The notes: generated from the sequence alone by a model not told the origin. A stretch of DNA of 64,000 bases from Nitrospirota bacterium (GCA_963737155.1 CAVTRN010000002.1:2912001-2976000), one strand, 5' to 3'. Counted from the first letter of the stretch, positions 51,067 to 62,472 are shown. Made by a program: numbers and translations.

Positions 51067-52128
51067 ATGAATTTATTTGATGAATGGGGAATCCCGCTGA
51101 TTGTCTTGTCGGTATGGATTGTCTTCATCTTTATCGCCGTACCCGCGTTCGTGAACTATTTAAGGAAAAGGGCAGAGGAGCGACAGCAGGATTTTAACGC
51201 TATTTTCTTATCGGCGTTAAAAACGCCTCTAGTCTTAATTCTTCTCTATATAGGACTGAACGTGTTTATCGATATGATCCCCTCTGTTCCTGCAAAATGG
51301 GAGAAGTACCTTAATAACTCGCTCTTTATTCTCTTTGTCGTTGCCGGCTATCTCTTTATGGACCTGTTGATGATGAGAGTAATCAGGCGATACATTAAAG
51401 CTGTTGAAGTCATGGCATCGGCCGCAAGCGTAATGAAATCGCTCTACAGAATCGTCCTTCTCGCCTTTGCTGCAATGATCATTCTCGACCACCTCAAAAT
51501 TACGATTGCACCGTTTCTGGCTTCACTAGGAATCGGGGGGGTCGTCATGGCGCTTGCACTCAACAGCACCCTTTCTAATTTCTTTTCCGGAATTTACCTT
51601 TTTTTCGATAAGCCCATCAGGATAGGTGATTACATCAGACTCGAGTCCGGAGAGGAAGGATACGTGACCCAGGTGGGTTGGCACAGCACGAGGATTCGAA
51701 CGCCTTCCAATAACACTCTTATAGTCTCAAATGCCATTCTTGCCGGCAACCGCATCACTAACTACTATCTTCCAGATAGGGAAGTACCAGTTGGGGTTAA
51801 TTTAAGTGTAACATATGGGAGCGACCTCGATAAGATGGAGCGCGTGACAGTCGATGTGGCACGAGATGTCCTTAAAGATACTGTCGGAGGAGTCAAAGAG
51901 TTCGAACCCTCCATAGGTTATAGCAGCCTTGGTGACTCAGGCATCCACTTTACAGTTAACCTTCGTGCCAAAGAGTATACTATTCAGCCTTTGATAATAC
52001 ACGAATTCATAAAACGTCTGCTACGACGTTATGAAGCGGAGGGAATCGAGATCGCATCACCTGTTCGGAATGTATATATAAAGGATTCTTCGGAGGTAAG
52101 GTATGTGGATGGCCGAGAAAAGGTATAA
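51067..52128 (+). CDS. mscS: Small-conductance mechanosensitive channel
   Basis: SD aggagg; LASLGIGG...ALAL..TLSNFFSG, KPIRIGDYI, G.V..VGW.STRI, N..IV.N, GIEIA.P. Confidence 0.9.
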   Translation: MNLFDEWGIPLIVLSVWIVFIFIAVPAFVNYLRKRAEERQQDFNAIFLSALKTPLVLILLYIGLNVFIDMIPSVPAKWEKYLNNSLFILFVVAGYLFMDLLMMRVIRRYIKAVEVMASAASVMKSLYRIVLLAFAAMIILDHLKITIAPFLASLGIGGVVMALALNSTLSNFFSGIYLFFDKPIRIGDYIRLESGEEGYVTQVGWHSTRIRTPSNNTLIVSNAILAGNRITNYYLPDREVPVGVNLSVTYGSDLDKMERVTVDVARDVLKDTVGGVKEFEPSIGYSSLGDSGIHFTVNLRAKEYTIQPLIIHEFIKRLLRRYEAEGIEIASPVRNVYIKDSSEVRYVDGREKV

Positions 52129-52180
52129 CTTTCTTTTGGTACATATTAAGTCTGTTCTCATCTGCAACGCACAATAAAAT

Positions 52181-53455
52181 ATGAAAAATATATTAGTATT
52201 CCCATGTGGTTCAGAAGTTGGGTTAGAAGTGAATCGTGCCTTGGCTGATTCAATGCACTTTACATTGTTTGGGGCAAATAGCATTGATGATCACGGTAAA
52301 TTTGTCTACAAAAATTATGCTGGAGGTCTTCCCTTTATAGACAGTCCCGCTTTTATAGAAGAATTGAATAAAGTCGTAGAACGATACAATATTGATTTTA
52401 TCGTACCAGCACATGATTCTGCTGTTGTTAACATGGCTGAAAATCAAGACATAATTAAGGCAACGGTAATTACATCTTGTAAGGAAACATGTAGAATTTG
52501 CAGATCAAAAGGGAAAACTTATGAGTTGTTTGAAAAGCTTATACCAACTCCGAAAGTTTATTCTAAAACCGAGAAAATGAGTTTCCCGATTTTTTTGAAG
52601 CCAGATGATGATCAAGGAACAAAAGGAACTTATAAGGTAAACACAATTGAGGAAGCCGAATTTTATTTAAAGAAAGACCCAACATTACTCGCATTAGAAT
52701 ATCTACCCGGGAAAGAATATACTGTCGATTGTTTTACAAATAAAAACGGGACCCTATTATTTATCGCAGGACGAGAAAGATCAAGGGTTAATAACGGCAT
52801 CAGTGTAAATTCAAAGGAGGTGACAGATGTTCGATTCCAAAAGATTGGAGAGATTATAAATAAGACACTATCATTTCGAGGTGTCTGGTTTTATCAGGTT
52901 AAAGAACGAGCCAGCGGCGAGCTTGTTTTAATGGAAATTGCTCCGAGAATTGCAGGAACAATGGCGCTATTTAGAGCAGACGGCGTTAACTTCATACAGT
53001 TAAGCTTATTTGACAGGATGGGAATTGGCGTAAGTTGTTTTCGCAACAATCTTGACATGGAAATAGATCGTGCTTTATTTGCAAGATATTCAATAAACCT
53101 GGATTATTCTTGCGTATATATTGACTTTGATGACACGGTCGTTATCAATAATTCGGTAAATACAAATATTATGATGTTTCTTTATCAGTCAAGAAACATG
53201 GGTAAAAAAATAGTTCTGCTTTCCAAGCATAAACAGGATGTTAAGGAGAGTCTGAAGACATTCGCAATTAGCGAGCTGTTGTTTGATGAAATATTTGTCT
53301 TGCGTGAAAACGAAAGGAAATGCGATTACATTACAAATATGAACGCTGTGTTTATTGACGATTCATTTGCGGAGCGAAAAGAAGTGTACGATAAATTGCA
53401 TATTCCTGTTTTTGCATTGGATGCGGTGGAATCATTATTGTTTTGGAAAGTTTAA
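52181..53455 (+). CDS. ATP-grasp protein with C-terminal HAD-like domain; AT-rich
   Basis: ILVFPCGSEVGLE, FLKP, EYLPG.EYTVD, LMEIAPRIAG; then YIDFDDT and FIDDS. Confidence 0.8.
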   Translation: MKNILVFPCGSEVGLEVNRALADSMHFTLFGANSIDDHGKFVYKNYAGGLPFIDSPAFIEELNKVVERYNIDFIVPAHDSAVVNMAENQDIIKATVITSCKETCRICRSKGKTYELFEKLIPTPKVYSKTEKMSFPIFLKPDDDQGTKGTYKVNTIEEAEFYLKKDPTLLALEYLPGKEYTVDCFTNKNGTLLFIAGRERSRVNNGISVNSKEVTDVRFQKIGEIINKTLSFRGVWFYQVKERASGELVLMEIAPRIAGTMALFRADGVNFIQLSLFDRMGIGVSCFRNNLDMEIDRALFARYSINLDYSCVYIDFDDTVVINNSVNTNIMMFLYQSRNMGKKIVLLSKHKQDVKESLKTFAISELLFDEIFVLRENERKCDYITNMNAVFIDDSFAERKEVYDKLHIPVFALDAVESLLFWKV

Positions 53456-53586
53456 TCAGCCACTTGCCTTTTATGCTTAAAGTCAAGTCTAGCTTAGAGT
53501 GGACAGATTTGTCTGTAGTCTATGAAAGTTTCACTTTTCCAAAGTGGACTCATCGGAAATAGCCCTCCTTTTGGGGGTATAGTTCC

Positions 53587-53653
53587 GGTAACATTAATTA
53601 TGAGTCAACGATATAATTCAGGATTCACTTGGGTAACATTTATTGTGAGTCAA
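53587..53653. repeat. 22-bp direct repeat pair ggtaacatt(a/t)att(a/g)tgagtcaa
   Basis: 53587-53608 and 53632-53653; 20/22 identical; 23-nt spacer. Confidence 0.65.
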
Positions 53654-53903
53654 TTCGTGGTACAGAATTCTTTTTTGTATCATTGCATATTATGATAAAA
53701 TATCTCTGTTCAACGGCATCATCCTATAAAATTGGAGTTTCTTTTCTTAGCAACAATCAGGACTTCATCCCTATATTTATTAGCGCATTCCCTTATCAAC
53801 ATCTCATTCACATACTTTGCCTTGACAAGATCTTATCAGAGCATTGACATGATGATGCGCGAGGCATATAGTTGTCCTAAATTCAAGGCCGAGGGATGGC
53901 AAA

Positions 53904-54335
53904 ATGACTCTGTGGAAGACTCTGACAACATTGGATCAGCTAAAAGAGCGGGCAAAAAACACATTGATTGAACATGTCGGAATTGAATTTTTGGAGATTG
54001 GCGATGATTATCTGAAAGCAAAGATGCCGGTTGATCACAGGACAAGAACGCCGGATGGATTACTGCATGGCGGAGCATCCGTCGTATTGGCTGAAACCCT
54101 GGGAAGTATTGCGGGAGAACTATGCGTAGACAGTGATAAGGCTGCAATCGTAGGAATAGTAATAAACGCAAATCATGTGCATCCGGTAACCGGTGGGTGG
54201 GTGACCGGCATCGCGAAGCCAATTCATGTCGGAAAAACAACTCAAATATGGGAAATCAAGATTAATGATGAGCAGGACAATCTGATTTGTATTTCACGGC
54301 TCACAGCAGCAAACATCGATAGATCTCATCGCTGA
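53904..54335 (+). CDS. Hotdog-fold acyl-CoA thioesterase (PaaI/MenI-like)
   Basis: GIEF.E.G.D.L.A.MPVD.RT..P.GLLHGGASVVLAETLGS, INANH, H.G.TTQ.W. Confidence 0.9.
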   Translation: MTLWKTLTTLDQLKERAKNTLIEHVGIEFLEIGDDYLKAKMPVDHRTRTPDGLLHGGASVVLAETLGSIAGELCVDSDKAAIVGIVINANHVHPVTGGWVTGIAKPIHVGKTTQIWEIKINDEQDNLICISRLTAANIDRSHR

Positions 54336-55069
54336 TGCATCCGCTTTAAAAAAGTTCTAGATTGGTGCATTAGCGAACAAAATCTTCGGCAATAAATATA
54401 GTATATCCTTGAAAACCTGTTCAGCAGTGTCACAATTTTCGCATGATTCCCTTAGCGGCTTGTTCCTCTTATCGGCTGTTTAAGCTATTTAGGACCGCAC
54501 AGGCGTTTTCCGCTCTGTTTTAGTATTCGAGAAATTAGTCAGAGGTTCCGGGCTTCGGCTGCCCCTCCGAGATAGCCCGCTTGATGCAGTTCGTTGACAG
54601 ACGTTTCTTACACGTTTCTTGAAGGCAAGCTGATGAGTTCTGAAACTATTCGATGTCGTATACCGTACGCATCACTGCAGCTAGATCTCCGGGTGTCCAT
54701 TTTGTTGAGCGTAAAGCATTCGCCGTGAACGCCTCTTTTCTATTCCCGGCGCTGTTGATCATCCGAGCCGCCCTGATATACGGCTCATGGCGGCGTTTCC
54801 AGAGTCTATGAACGCAGTTGACACTACTAAAGTTCAGAAATATAGTTTGAACAGGCTATTTTTATTCAACACATCCGGTATATTACCGATGATGCATGTC
54901 GCACACTCAGCTATGCTTCTGGGTTGTAAGAAGTCCGACAAGATGAACGGGTCAATGCGCTTGTCGTGTATCGGTTAGGGTTTCGATTCTTGTGTACGTT
55001 TCAGGAGCTTTCGCCCCTCAGCAGCATCGGACACTCGCCCTGCTGGTGCGGAGCGGAAAGGGCAAGAAT

Positions 55070-57208
55070 ATGTCGGCCTTTAGCTATGAGCTGAATAAAG
55101 ACGGCATTGCAATACTTATCTTCGACCTGCCCGGAGAAAAGGTCAATAAATTCACCGGCAGCGTCATAAGAGATTTCGACGAAATACTCGATAGCATAGC
55201 TGCCCGGACTGATGTCAAGGCGCTCGTAATCCGGAGCGGCAAAGAAGGGCACTTCAGCGCGGGCGAAAACGTCGCCGAGATACGAGACATCAGAGACGCG
55301 AAAATGGGAGAGGCGTTTTCCCGCAAAGGACAAGCCTTATTTGCCAAATTAGCTGCCCTGCCATTTCCGACCGCGGCCGCGATCCACGGCCCATGCATGG
55401 GGAGCGGCCTCGAACTGGCCCTTGCCTGTTCCTACCGGATCATCAGCAACGATCAACATACCGTGCTGAGTATGCCCGAGGTCAAACTCGGAGTCATTCC
55501 GTGTGCCGGCGGTACGCAGAGGCTCCCGCGGTTAACCGGACTCTTGAACGCTCTCGATATAATCTTGAGTGGAAAATCAGTTTCCTGGAAACAGGCGATA
55601 CAGATAGGCCTCGCGGACGAAGCGGCCTCCAAAGAACTGATCGTGAGCCGCTCAATTGATCATGTGCAGAAGGCTCAAGGCAGTCCTCGTCGCCACGGCG
55701 TGACGGCAAAAAGGCCGCTTTTCATAAGGATGTTAGAAAGCGCTCCCCTGACCAGACTGATCATTTACAACACGACAACAAAAAACGTGCTCGCGGAGAC
55801 CCGTGGCCACTTCCCAGCGCCTCTTGCCGCGCTCAAGGCAATCCGCACCGGGATCGAGGAGGGTGCCGCTGCGGGCTACCGCATCGAGTCCAGGCTTTTC
55901 GGGGAGCTCGCAGGAGCGGAAATTTCGAAGAATCTCATTTCGATATTCTATCTGAACAAGCTGTTGCAGCGGGACCCGCAACCATCGGCGGCCAAAATCA
56001 GCCGGGTCGGGATCATCGGAGCGGGGGTCATGGGCGGTGGCATCGGCCAGTTAATCGCCGAAAAGGGATTACAAGTCAGAATGAAGGATATCAGCACGGA
56101 TTACGTGGAAGCGGGATTGCGAAAAGCGGCGGAAATCTTTACGAAGCGGCGAGATAAGGGCATTCTCGACCCACGCCAAACGCGGGAGGGGTTAGACAGG
56201 ATAACGGGGACCACGGACTACTCAGGATTTCACAACGTGGATTTGGTCATAGAGGCGGTCGTCGAGAACATGGAAGTGAAAAAGACAGTCCTCGGGGAGT
56301 TCGAGCAGGCGGCGAATGAAATCGCTATGTTCGCCTCGAACACCTCATGCCTGCCAATCACGGAGATAGCGATGGCATCGAAGCGCCCGGAACTGGTAGT
56401 GGGTATGCACTTCTTCAATCCTGTGGAAAAGATGCTGCTAGTCGAAGTGATTCGGGGAGAAAAAACGTCAAATGAGACCGTCTCGGCTATCGCGACGCTC
56501 TCGCGCAAGCTCGGCAAGCTTCCTGTTATCGTCAATGACGGTCCTGGTTTTCTCGTCACGCGCATCTTGATGCCCTATCTCGGGGAGGCCATTGCCATGC
56601 TTGAAGAAGGTAGTAAAATTGAGGATATCGATTCATCGCTACTGAAGTTCGGTATGCCGATGGGCGCATTCATTATGCTCGATGAAATCGGGATAGACAT
56701 CGTGAAGAAGATTACCGACATCCTTCACCGCTATTACGGCGAGCGCATCCAACCCTCTCCCCTGCTCGAAAAGTTACATGGAGCAGGATACTATGGCAGA
56801 AAGAACGGCAAAGGCTTTTACCGATACACTGGGAGGAGACGAGGTAGGCCGGACCTCACAATCTACACCCACACGGGAGCGGGCACAGGTGTTCGATCAA
56901 GGCCGGAAGAGATCGTAGATCGTGCGGTATTGCAAATGATAAAAGAATCCGCACTTTGCCTGGAGGACAGGATCATCGACCGACCCGACCTCCTTGACGC
57001 AGCGCTCATCTTCGGTCTCGGCTTCCCCACCTTCCGCGGCGGTCTGCTCAGGTATGCGGATAAACTCGGACCACGGGCCATCGTGGAGAAGCTGAAAGAG
57101 CACGAACAAAAGTACGGCAAGCGGTTTACCCCACCGGAATCGCTAGTGGTCATGGCTGAAACGGGCAAAGGGTTTTACGAGATGGGGAATTTGGCATCCA
57201 TGGCTTAA
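55070..57208 (+). CDS. fadJ: Fatty acid oxidation complex alpha subunit (enoyl-CoA hydratase / 3-hydroxyacyl-CoA dehydrogenase)
   Basis: D.PGEKVN, G.GLELALAC, PEVKLG.IP..GGTQRLPR, GAGVMGGGI, EAVVE, ASNTS, GMHFFNPV, GFP.FRGG. Confidence 0.85.
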   Translation: MSAFSYELNKDGIAILIFDLPGEKVNKFTGSVIRDFDEILDSIAARTDVKALVIRSGKEGHFSAGENVAEIRDIRDAKMGEAFSRKGQALFAKLAALPFPTAAAIHGPCMGSGLELALACSYRIISNDQHTVLSMPEVKLGVIPCAGGTQRLPRLTGLLNALDIILSGKSVSWKQAIQIGLADEAASKELIVSRSIDHVQKAQGSPRRHGVTAKRPLFIRMLESAPLTRLIIYNTTTKNVLAETRGHFPAPLAALKAIRTGIEEGAAAGYRIESRLFGELAGAEISKNLISIFYLNKLLQRDPQPSAAKISRVGIIGAGVMGGGIGQLIAEKGLQVRMKDISTDYVEAGLRKAAEIFTKRRDKGILDPRQTREGLDRITGTTDYSGFHNVDLVIEAVVENMEVKKTVLGEFEQAANEIAMFASNTSCLPITEIAMASKRPELVVGMHFFNPVEKMLLVEVIRGEKTSNETVSAIATLSRKLGKLPVIVNDGPGFLVTRILMPYLGEAIAMLEEGSKIEDIDSSLLKFGMPMGAFIMLDEIGIDIVKKITDILHRYYGERIQPSPLLEKLHGAGYYGRKNGKGFYRYTGRRRGRPDLTIYTHTGAGTGVRSRPEEIVDRAVLQMIKESALCLEDRIIDRPDLLDAALIFGLGFPTFRGGLLRYADKLGPRAIVEKLKEHEQKYGKRFTPPESLVVMAETGKGFYEMGNLASMA

Positions 57209-57316
57209 TACTTTCCATTCACAGCAGATGAGACTCACCACACAGATATCCTGGCCCGCGACGATTGGATCGTCGGCGCGGAGCGAAAATCTTGAGAGCA
57301 TTCTATAATGCCGCCG

Positions 57317-58498
57317 CTAAGGAACAACCTTCCCAGCCTTGAGAACCATCCTTGCGATCAGGAGCCGCAGTATTTCAGACGTGCCTTCAACGAGGGTTAG
57401 CATCCTCGCGTCCCTCCAGTGGCGGTGAATGTCGCAGGGATCGGTGTAACCATACCCTCCATGAATCTGCATGGCGGCATCGCACGTTCTTTGCGCCATT
57501 TCCGATGAGAAAAGCTTTGCTTGCGCGGCTTCGCTTGCAAACGCTTCACCCCGATCCTTAAGAGCCGCGGCATGATACGTTAGGAGTCGGCTCGCGTGGA
57601 TTTCCGTTGCCATATTCGCGATCTTCTCCTGGGTAAGCTCAAAATCGCCGATGCTTCTACCGAAGGCCTTCCTCCTTACGCTGTACGAACACGCCTTCTC
57701 GAATGCCGCCTGGGCGATACCGACGCCGATTGCCGCTATCGAAATCCTCCCGAAGTTGAGGATCTGCTTCGCGTACTCCATCCCCTTGCCTTCCTCGCCG
57801 AGGAGATATTCTCGCGGCACGGTACATCGATCGAGCTTGATAGCGGAGAGATGATTGCCCCTGATCCCAAGCTTTGGGATGGTCTCCAAGACTGTCAGGC
57901 CTGGTGTTGCCTTCGGGACGAGAAAGGCCGAGATATTCGCGCCGGTTTGAGCAAAAATCAGGACTACATCGGCATCCCCAGGATTGCTGATCAGCATTTT
58001 GCTACCGCTGAGGAGGTACGTTGTTCCTGATTGCTCAGCTCTCGTTTGGAGGGCTTTAGCGTCTGTCCCGCAGCAGGGTTCAGTGAGAGCAAAGGCGATA
58101 AGACCCTTTCCTTCAAGGAGGCCTCTATCTATAAGGAACGTTTGCTTCTGCTGGGCTGTGCCAAACAAGCGGATGCCCTCGCAGGTCATTACGTGAACCG
58201 AAATGGGAAGGGCAGTATTAGAGCAAGCCTTTGCGAGCATTTCCATCACGGCGATGTACACCACCATCGGAAACCCTCGTCCTCCATGCTCTAGGGGAAA
58301 CGGGAGGGCTGTTACGCCGTAAGCAGCTATTGTTTCGAGATTCTTTACCGGAAAGAGCTCAATCCGATCTGTCGCCTTAGCATCAGGCAGGATCATATGC
58401 TCAAAGAGATCTCCCAAGCGCTCGAGCAGTTCGTGGTATTTGCCTGGCTCAGAAAAGAGCATTGAAATGAAGTTTCTCTGATCAGCTGTGTAAAACAT
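57317..58498 (-). CDS. Acyl-CoA dehydrogenase
   Basis: AFALTEP..GTD, L.G.K..ISN, KLGIRG, G.G...A...L..GRI.IAA..VG, R.AFG..I, QIHGGYG, RDA......EGTSEI. Confidence 0.92.
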   Translation of the reverse strand: MFYTADQRNFISMLFSEPGKYHELLERLGDLFEHMILPDAKATDRIELFPVKNLETIAAYGVTALPFPLEHGGRGFPMVVYIAVMEMLAKACSNTALPISVHVMTCEGIRLFGTAQQKQTFLIDRGLLEGKGLIAFALTEPCCGTDAKALQTRAEQSGTTYLLSGSKMLISNPGDADVVLIFAQTGANISAFLVPKATPGLTVLETIPKLGIRGNHLSAIKLDRCTVPREYLLGEEGKGMEYAKQILNFGRISIAAIGVGIAQAAFEKACSYSVRRKAFGRSIGDFELTQEKIANMATEIHASRLLTYHAAALKDRGEAFASEAAQAKLFSSEMAQRTCDAAMQIHGGYGYTDPCDIHRHWRDARMLTLVEGTSEILRLLIARMVLKAGKVVP

Positions 58499-58532
58499 GT
58501 ATTCTCTCGCTTTGATAATTTCTCTATCGCTT

Positions 58533-59699
58533 CTATCTCTCAATAATCATCGCGACCGCATTGCCGCCGCCTAAGCAAAGGGTTACGAGCCCTCTCTTGA
58601 GGCCTGTTTCCTTCAAAGCATGAATCAGCGTTACAAGGATTCGTGCGCCACTACATCCTATGGGATGTCCCAAGGCAACAGCACCACCGCGAATATTGAA
58701 TTTCTCAGGATCAATGCGCAATGCCCGTGAGACCGCAATTGATGCGGTAGCATAGGCCTCATTGTGCTCGGTCAGATCGATTTGGTCTATGGTAAAGCCG
58801 GTTCTGGCAAGGAGTTTCTGGACCGTCGGGATCGGGGCCTCCATCACATCCTCGGGTTTTGTGCCGCCCGTCGTATAGTCTATTATACGCGCGAGTGGTT
58901 CAAGGCCCAATGACCGTGCTGCGCTGACTGAAGCGACAACCAGCGCGGCAGCGCCGTCACTCAGCTTGCAGCTGTTTCCTGCTGTAAGGATACCACCTCT
59001 CTTGAACACAGAAGGAAGCGCCGCGAGCTTCTCCAGTGAGCTATCGGACCGGACGCACTCGTCAGTATTGAAGGAGCCACCCTGAATATCAACAGGCAGT
59101 ATCTCTTCCTTGAATTTCCCCTCTTGAATGGCGCGTGCCGCCTTTCTATTGCTCTCCAGGGTGAACATGTCCGCTTCCACACGGGTGATACCGAATTTCT
59201 CTGCAACTCTCTCCCCAGTCATCCCCATGAGATATTCGTTGTAGACATCCCATAACCCGTCGCAGAGCATAGAGTCAATCATTGACGTATCACCGAATTT
59301 CATTCCCCACCGGATGTTTCTGACCAGGTAGGGGGCAGCGCTCATGTTTTCCATGCCGCCAGCTACGATCAAGTCTGCATCGCCAGCTCGTATAGCCTGG
59401 GCGGCGAGCATGACCGCCTTTAGTCCAGATCCGCATACTTTATTAATCGTCACGGAACCCGATTCGAAAGGGACTCCTCCATATATTGCGGCCTGACGTG
59501 CAGGATTCTGCCCCAAACCGGTAGAGAGCACATTCCCCATGATTACCTCATCTACCTGTGCTGCACGTATGCCTGCCCGCTTGATCGCTTCCGCTATGAC
59601 AAGGGCACCAATCCGCGGCGCAGGGACATCCTTCAAAGACCCACCGAACCTACCGATCGCCGTCCTCACTGCGCTGATTATAACAGCATCATCTGCCAT
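58533..59699 (-). CDS. Acetyl-CoA C-acetyltransferase (thiolase)
   Basis: SAVRTAIG.FGG, GQNPARQA, NKVCGSG, GGMENMS, TAGN, NEAYA, GGAVALGHPIGCSG, LCLGGG. Confidence 0.95.
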   Translation of the reverse strand: MADDAVIISAVRTAIGRFGGSLKDVPAPRIGALVIAEAIKRAGIRAAQVDEVIMGNVLSTGLGQNPARQAAIYGGVPFESGSVTINKVCGSGLKAVMLAAQAIRAGDADLIVAGGMENMSAAPYLVRNIRWGMKFGDTSMIDSMLCDGLWDVYNEYLMGMTGERVAEKFGITRVEADMFTLESNRKAARAIQEGKFKEEILPVDIQGGSFNTDECVRSDSSLEKLAALPSVFKRGGILTAGNSCKLSDGAAALVVASVSAARSLGLEPLARIIDYTTGGTKPEDVMEAPIPTVQKLLARTGFTIDQIDLTEHNEAYATASIAVSRALRIDPEKFNIRGGAVALGHPIGCSGARILVTLIHALKETGLKRGLVTLCLGGGNAVAMIIER

Positions 59700-60298
59700 G
59701 GCTCCCCCCATACAGTTGTTTCAATTAGTATATACCATTCCCAGGCGAAATGTGATCCTGACAGGTAAGCCGAATAATGATTTTTTTGAAAATCTCAAAC
59801 GACTTTTGGACAATTTTTTGTCATAGTAGTGATAGGAGCAGATAGAATATATAATACCTAAATCCGGCGACAAAGGAATTGCCAAATGAATTCGTGGATG
59901 TCAGTGCCTATGAAGCCAATTTCTCATTGCGTCATTCTCATAAAATAAAGAATGCAAATCGCACCGCATTGCGCATGCTCACGCCGGATCGGATTAAAAA
60001 TTTCTGATATGCCGTGGTTCGTAGTCCTGTTTCTAACCAGGAAAACACCGTTCAATGGATTACGCCACGTTCACGCTTAGTCGTCATATCTAGACATCAA
60101 ACGTTTTATTCTATTGATAACAAATTGCGAGTGAGCTATGCGGGGAAATGATTTCCATGAACGATTACGATAAGGTTAGCCCCTATCAAGCTTTTCGGCT
60201 GGTTCTTCCCAGCCCGTGAATCATCTGCACGCTACCAATAATTATGAACAGTTCTCGTTCATTGATGGTATATTCTAAGTAGGAATGAGGAGGCAGCC

Positions 60299-61975
60299 AT
60301 GGCTGGAAAAAATCCAAGGACACGCATCGCTGAGAAGAAGCGCTGGATTCGAGATACGCTCAAGCCGAGCCTTCGTCAAGTACCGGAGCGGCTCCCTGCC
60401 TTCAGCACCACGTCTGGTCTTGAGATCGATGAACCGCTCTATACGCCCGCCGACATCGAGGATACGGATTACGTAAAAAACCTGGGGTTCCCCGGAGAGT
60501 ATCCCTTTACTCGTGGCATTTATCCTTCCATGTACCGGGGCCAACTCTGGACCCTGCGCGAATTTTCTGGATATGGCACGGCAACGCAGACGAACAGGCG
60601 GTTCAAATACCTCCTCAAAAAGGGCGAGACCGGCTTAAGCGTTGCCTTTGACCTTCCCACGCTCATGGGATACGATTCGGACCATCCTCTTTCGAAGGGT
60701 GAAGTCGGTAGGTGTGGCGTCGCAATTGATTCACTTGCCGATATGGAAGACCTATTTAAGGACATCCCGCTCGGCAAAATCACGACCTCGATGACAATCA
60801 ACGCGCCGGCAGCGATTATCTTGGCTATGTATATCGCGTCGGCCCAGAAACGGAGGATCCCGCTCACGCAGCTCGGCGGAACCATCCAGAATGACATCTT
60901 GAAGGAGTATATCGCACAGAAGGAATGGATATACCCGCCGGAACCGTCTATCCGGCTCATCACCGATACGATCGCCTACTGCTTGGAACGGGTACCCAAG
61001 TGGCATCCCATTAGCATAAGCGGATACCACATCCGCGAGGCGGGCTCCACTGCAGTGCAGGAGCTGGCCTTTACCCTTGCCGATGGACTGACCTACGTTG
61101 ATGCCTGCATCAAAGCCGGCCTAAAGATCGATGATTTCGCGGAAAGGCTCTCTTTTTTCTTTAATTCGCACAACGATTTCTTCGAGGAAATAGCGAAGTT
61201 CCGGGCGGCGCGCAGAATTTGGGCGCGTGAGATTACTGAGCGCTATCACACGAAAGACCCTCGCCTGGCCCGGCTCAGATTCCATACACAAACTGCGGGC
61301 TGCTCCCTTACGGCACAACAGCCGTACAATAATATCGTGCGTACCACAATTCAGGCCCTTGCAGCCGTGCTCGGAGGGACCCAGTCCCTGCACACGAATT
61401 CCATGGACGAGACGCTCGCCCTTCCGACGGAGCACGCCGTCACCATTGCGCTTCGGACACAGCAGGTCATTGCTCACGAGAGCGGCGCGGCAAATACCAT
61501 CGATCCCCTCGGAGGTTCCTACTTCGTCGAGGCATTGACTAATAAAATAGAAGAAGGGGTCTATACCTACTTCCAGAAGATCCAGGAGCTAGGGGGAATG
61601 GTAGAGGCTATTGGTCAGGGATTCCCACAGCGCGAGATCGCGAAGAGTGCACAAGGGTACCAGCAGGCCATCGAAAAAAAAGAAAAGATAATCGTCGGGC
61701 TAAATGAGTACATTGAGAAGGATGAGAGGATCGAAACCCTGAAGATTGGGTCTGAAACCGAAAAAAAACAGGTCAGGACCGTGAAAAAGATCCGGGAAAA
61801 AAGGGATCAGAAACGATGGCAGTTATCCTTGAGCAAACTGCAAGCTGCAGCGCGAACCAGGGTCAACCTCATGCCGCTCATCATCGATGCGGTCAGAGCG
61901 TACGCCACGGTGGGCGAGATTTCAAGCGCCCTGAAAGAGGTCTTCGGTGAGTACAGGGAACCGTCGCTATTCTAA
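60299..61975 (+). CDS. icmA: Acyl-CoA mutase large subunit with isobutyryl-CoA-mutase signature
   Basis: [22 protein letters not shown] (Phe), [27 protein letters not shown] (Gln), [22 protein letters not shown]. Confidence 0.75.
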   Translation: MAGKNPRTRIAEKKRWIRDTLKPSLRQVPERLPAFSTTSGLEIDEPLYTPADIEDTDYVKNLGFPGEYPFTRGIYPSMYRGQLWTLREFSGYGTATQTNRRFKYLLKKGETGLSVAFDLPTLMGYDSDHPLSKGEVGRCGVAIDSLADMEDLFKDIPLGKITTSMTINAPAAIILAMYIASAQKRRIPLTQLGGTIQNDILKEYIAQKEWIYPPEPSIRLITDTIAYCLERVPKWHPISISGYHIREAGSTAVQELAFTLADGLTYVDACIKAGLKIDDFAERLSFFFNSHNDFFEEIAKFRAARRIWAREITERYHTKDPRLARLRFHTQTAGCSLTAQQPYNNIVRTTIQALAAVLGGTQSLHTNSMDETLALPTEHAVTIALRTQQVIAHESGAANTIDPLGGSYFVEALTNKIEEGVYTYFQKIQELGGMVEAIGQGFPQREIAKSAQGYQQAIEKKEKIIVGLNEYIEKDERIETLKIGSETEKKQVRTVKKIREKRDQKRWQLSLSKLQAAARTRVNLMPLIIDAVRAYATVGEISSALKEVFGEYREPSLF

Positions 61976-62372
61976 GAAAAAAATCCGTGTGCTTCTTGCC
62001 AAGGCGGGGCTCGACGGTCATGACCGGGGGCTCAAGGTCATCGCAATGGCGCTCCGCGACGCAGGCATGGAGGTCATCTATCTGGGCCTCAGACGGACCG
62101 CAGAAGAGATCGTCAATGCCGCTGTCGAGGAGGATGTCGACGTCGTCGGGATAAGTCTCCTCTCCGGAGCGCACACTGTCCTCTTTCCGCAGATAGTAGC
62201 GCTCATGAAGGCGAAGGGATTGAAGGACACGCTGCTTATCGGTGGCGGCATCATTCCCGGAGAGGACATAGCGATGCTTAGAAAAGAGGGGGTCGCGGCA
62301 GTATTCACGCCCGGAGCCAGTACCGAAGATATTGCACGGTTCATCAAGTCGGCCGTAAAGAAACAACGGTAG
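61947..62372 (+). CDS. icmB: Cobalamin-binding small subunit of the acyl-CoA mutase
   Basis: K.GLDGHDRG (DxHxxG), [25 protein letters not shown]; overlaps the large subunit. Confidence 0.8.
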   Translation: MSTGNRRYSKKKIRVLLAKAGLDGHDRGLKVIAMALRDAGMEVIYLGLRRTAEEIVNAAVEEDVDVVGISLLSGAHTVLFPQIVALMKAKGLKDTLLIGGGIIPGEDIAMLRKEGVAAVFTPGASTEDIARFIKSAVKKQR

Positions 62373-62472
62373 TCCCGTTCTCCGGGAATAATAAGTGTTT
62401 CCTTCGCGGATATGGCGCACCAGATGTCCATGAAAGATTTTTTCGAATAGAGTGGATCTGTAATCAAAAGAA

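Noticed and set aside
53587-53653. Mini-CRISPR
   Set aside because: Only two non-palindromic 22-bp units, a short spacer and no cas genes.
59700-60298. Cobalamin riboswitch upstream of the B12 mutase
   Set aside because: No B12-box or conserved GGGAA...GCCACTG-type elements were recognisable.
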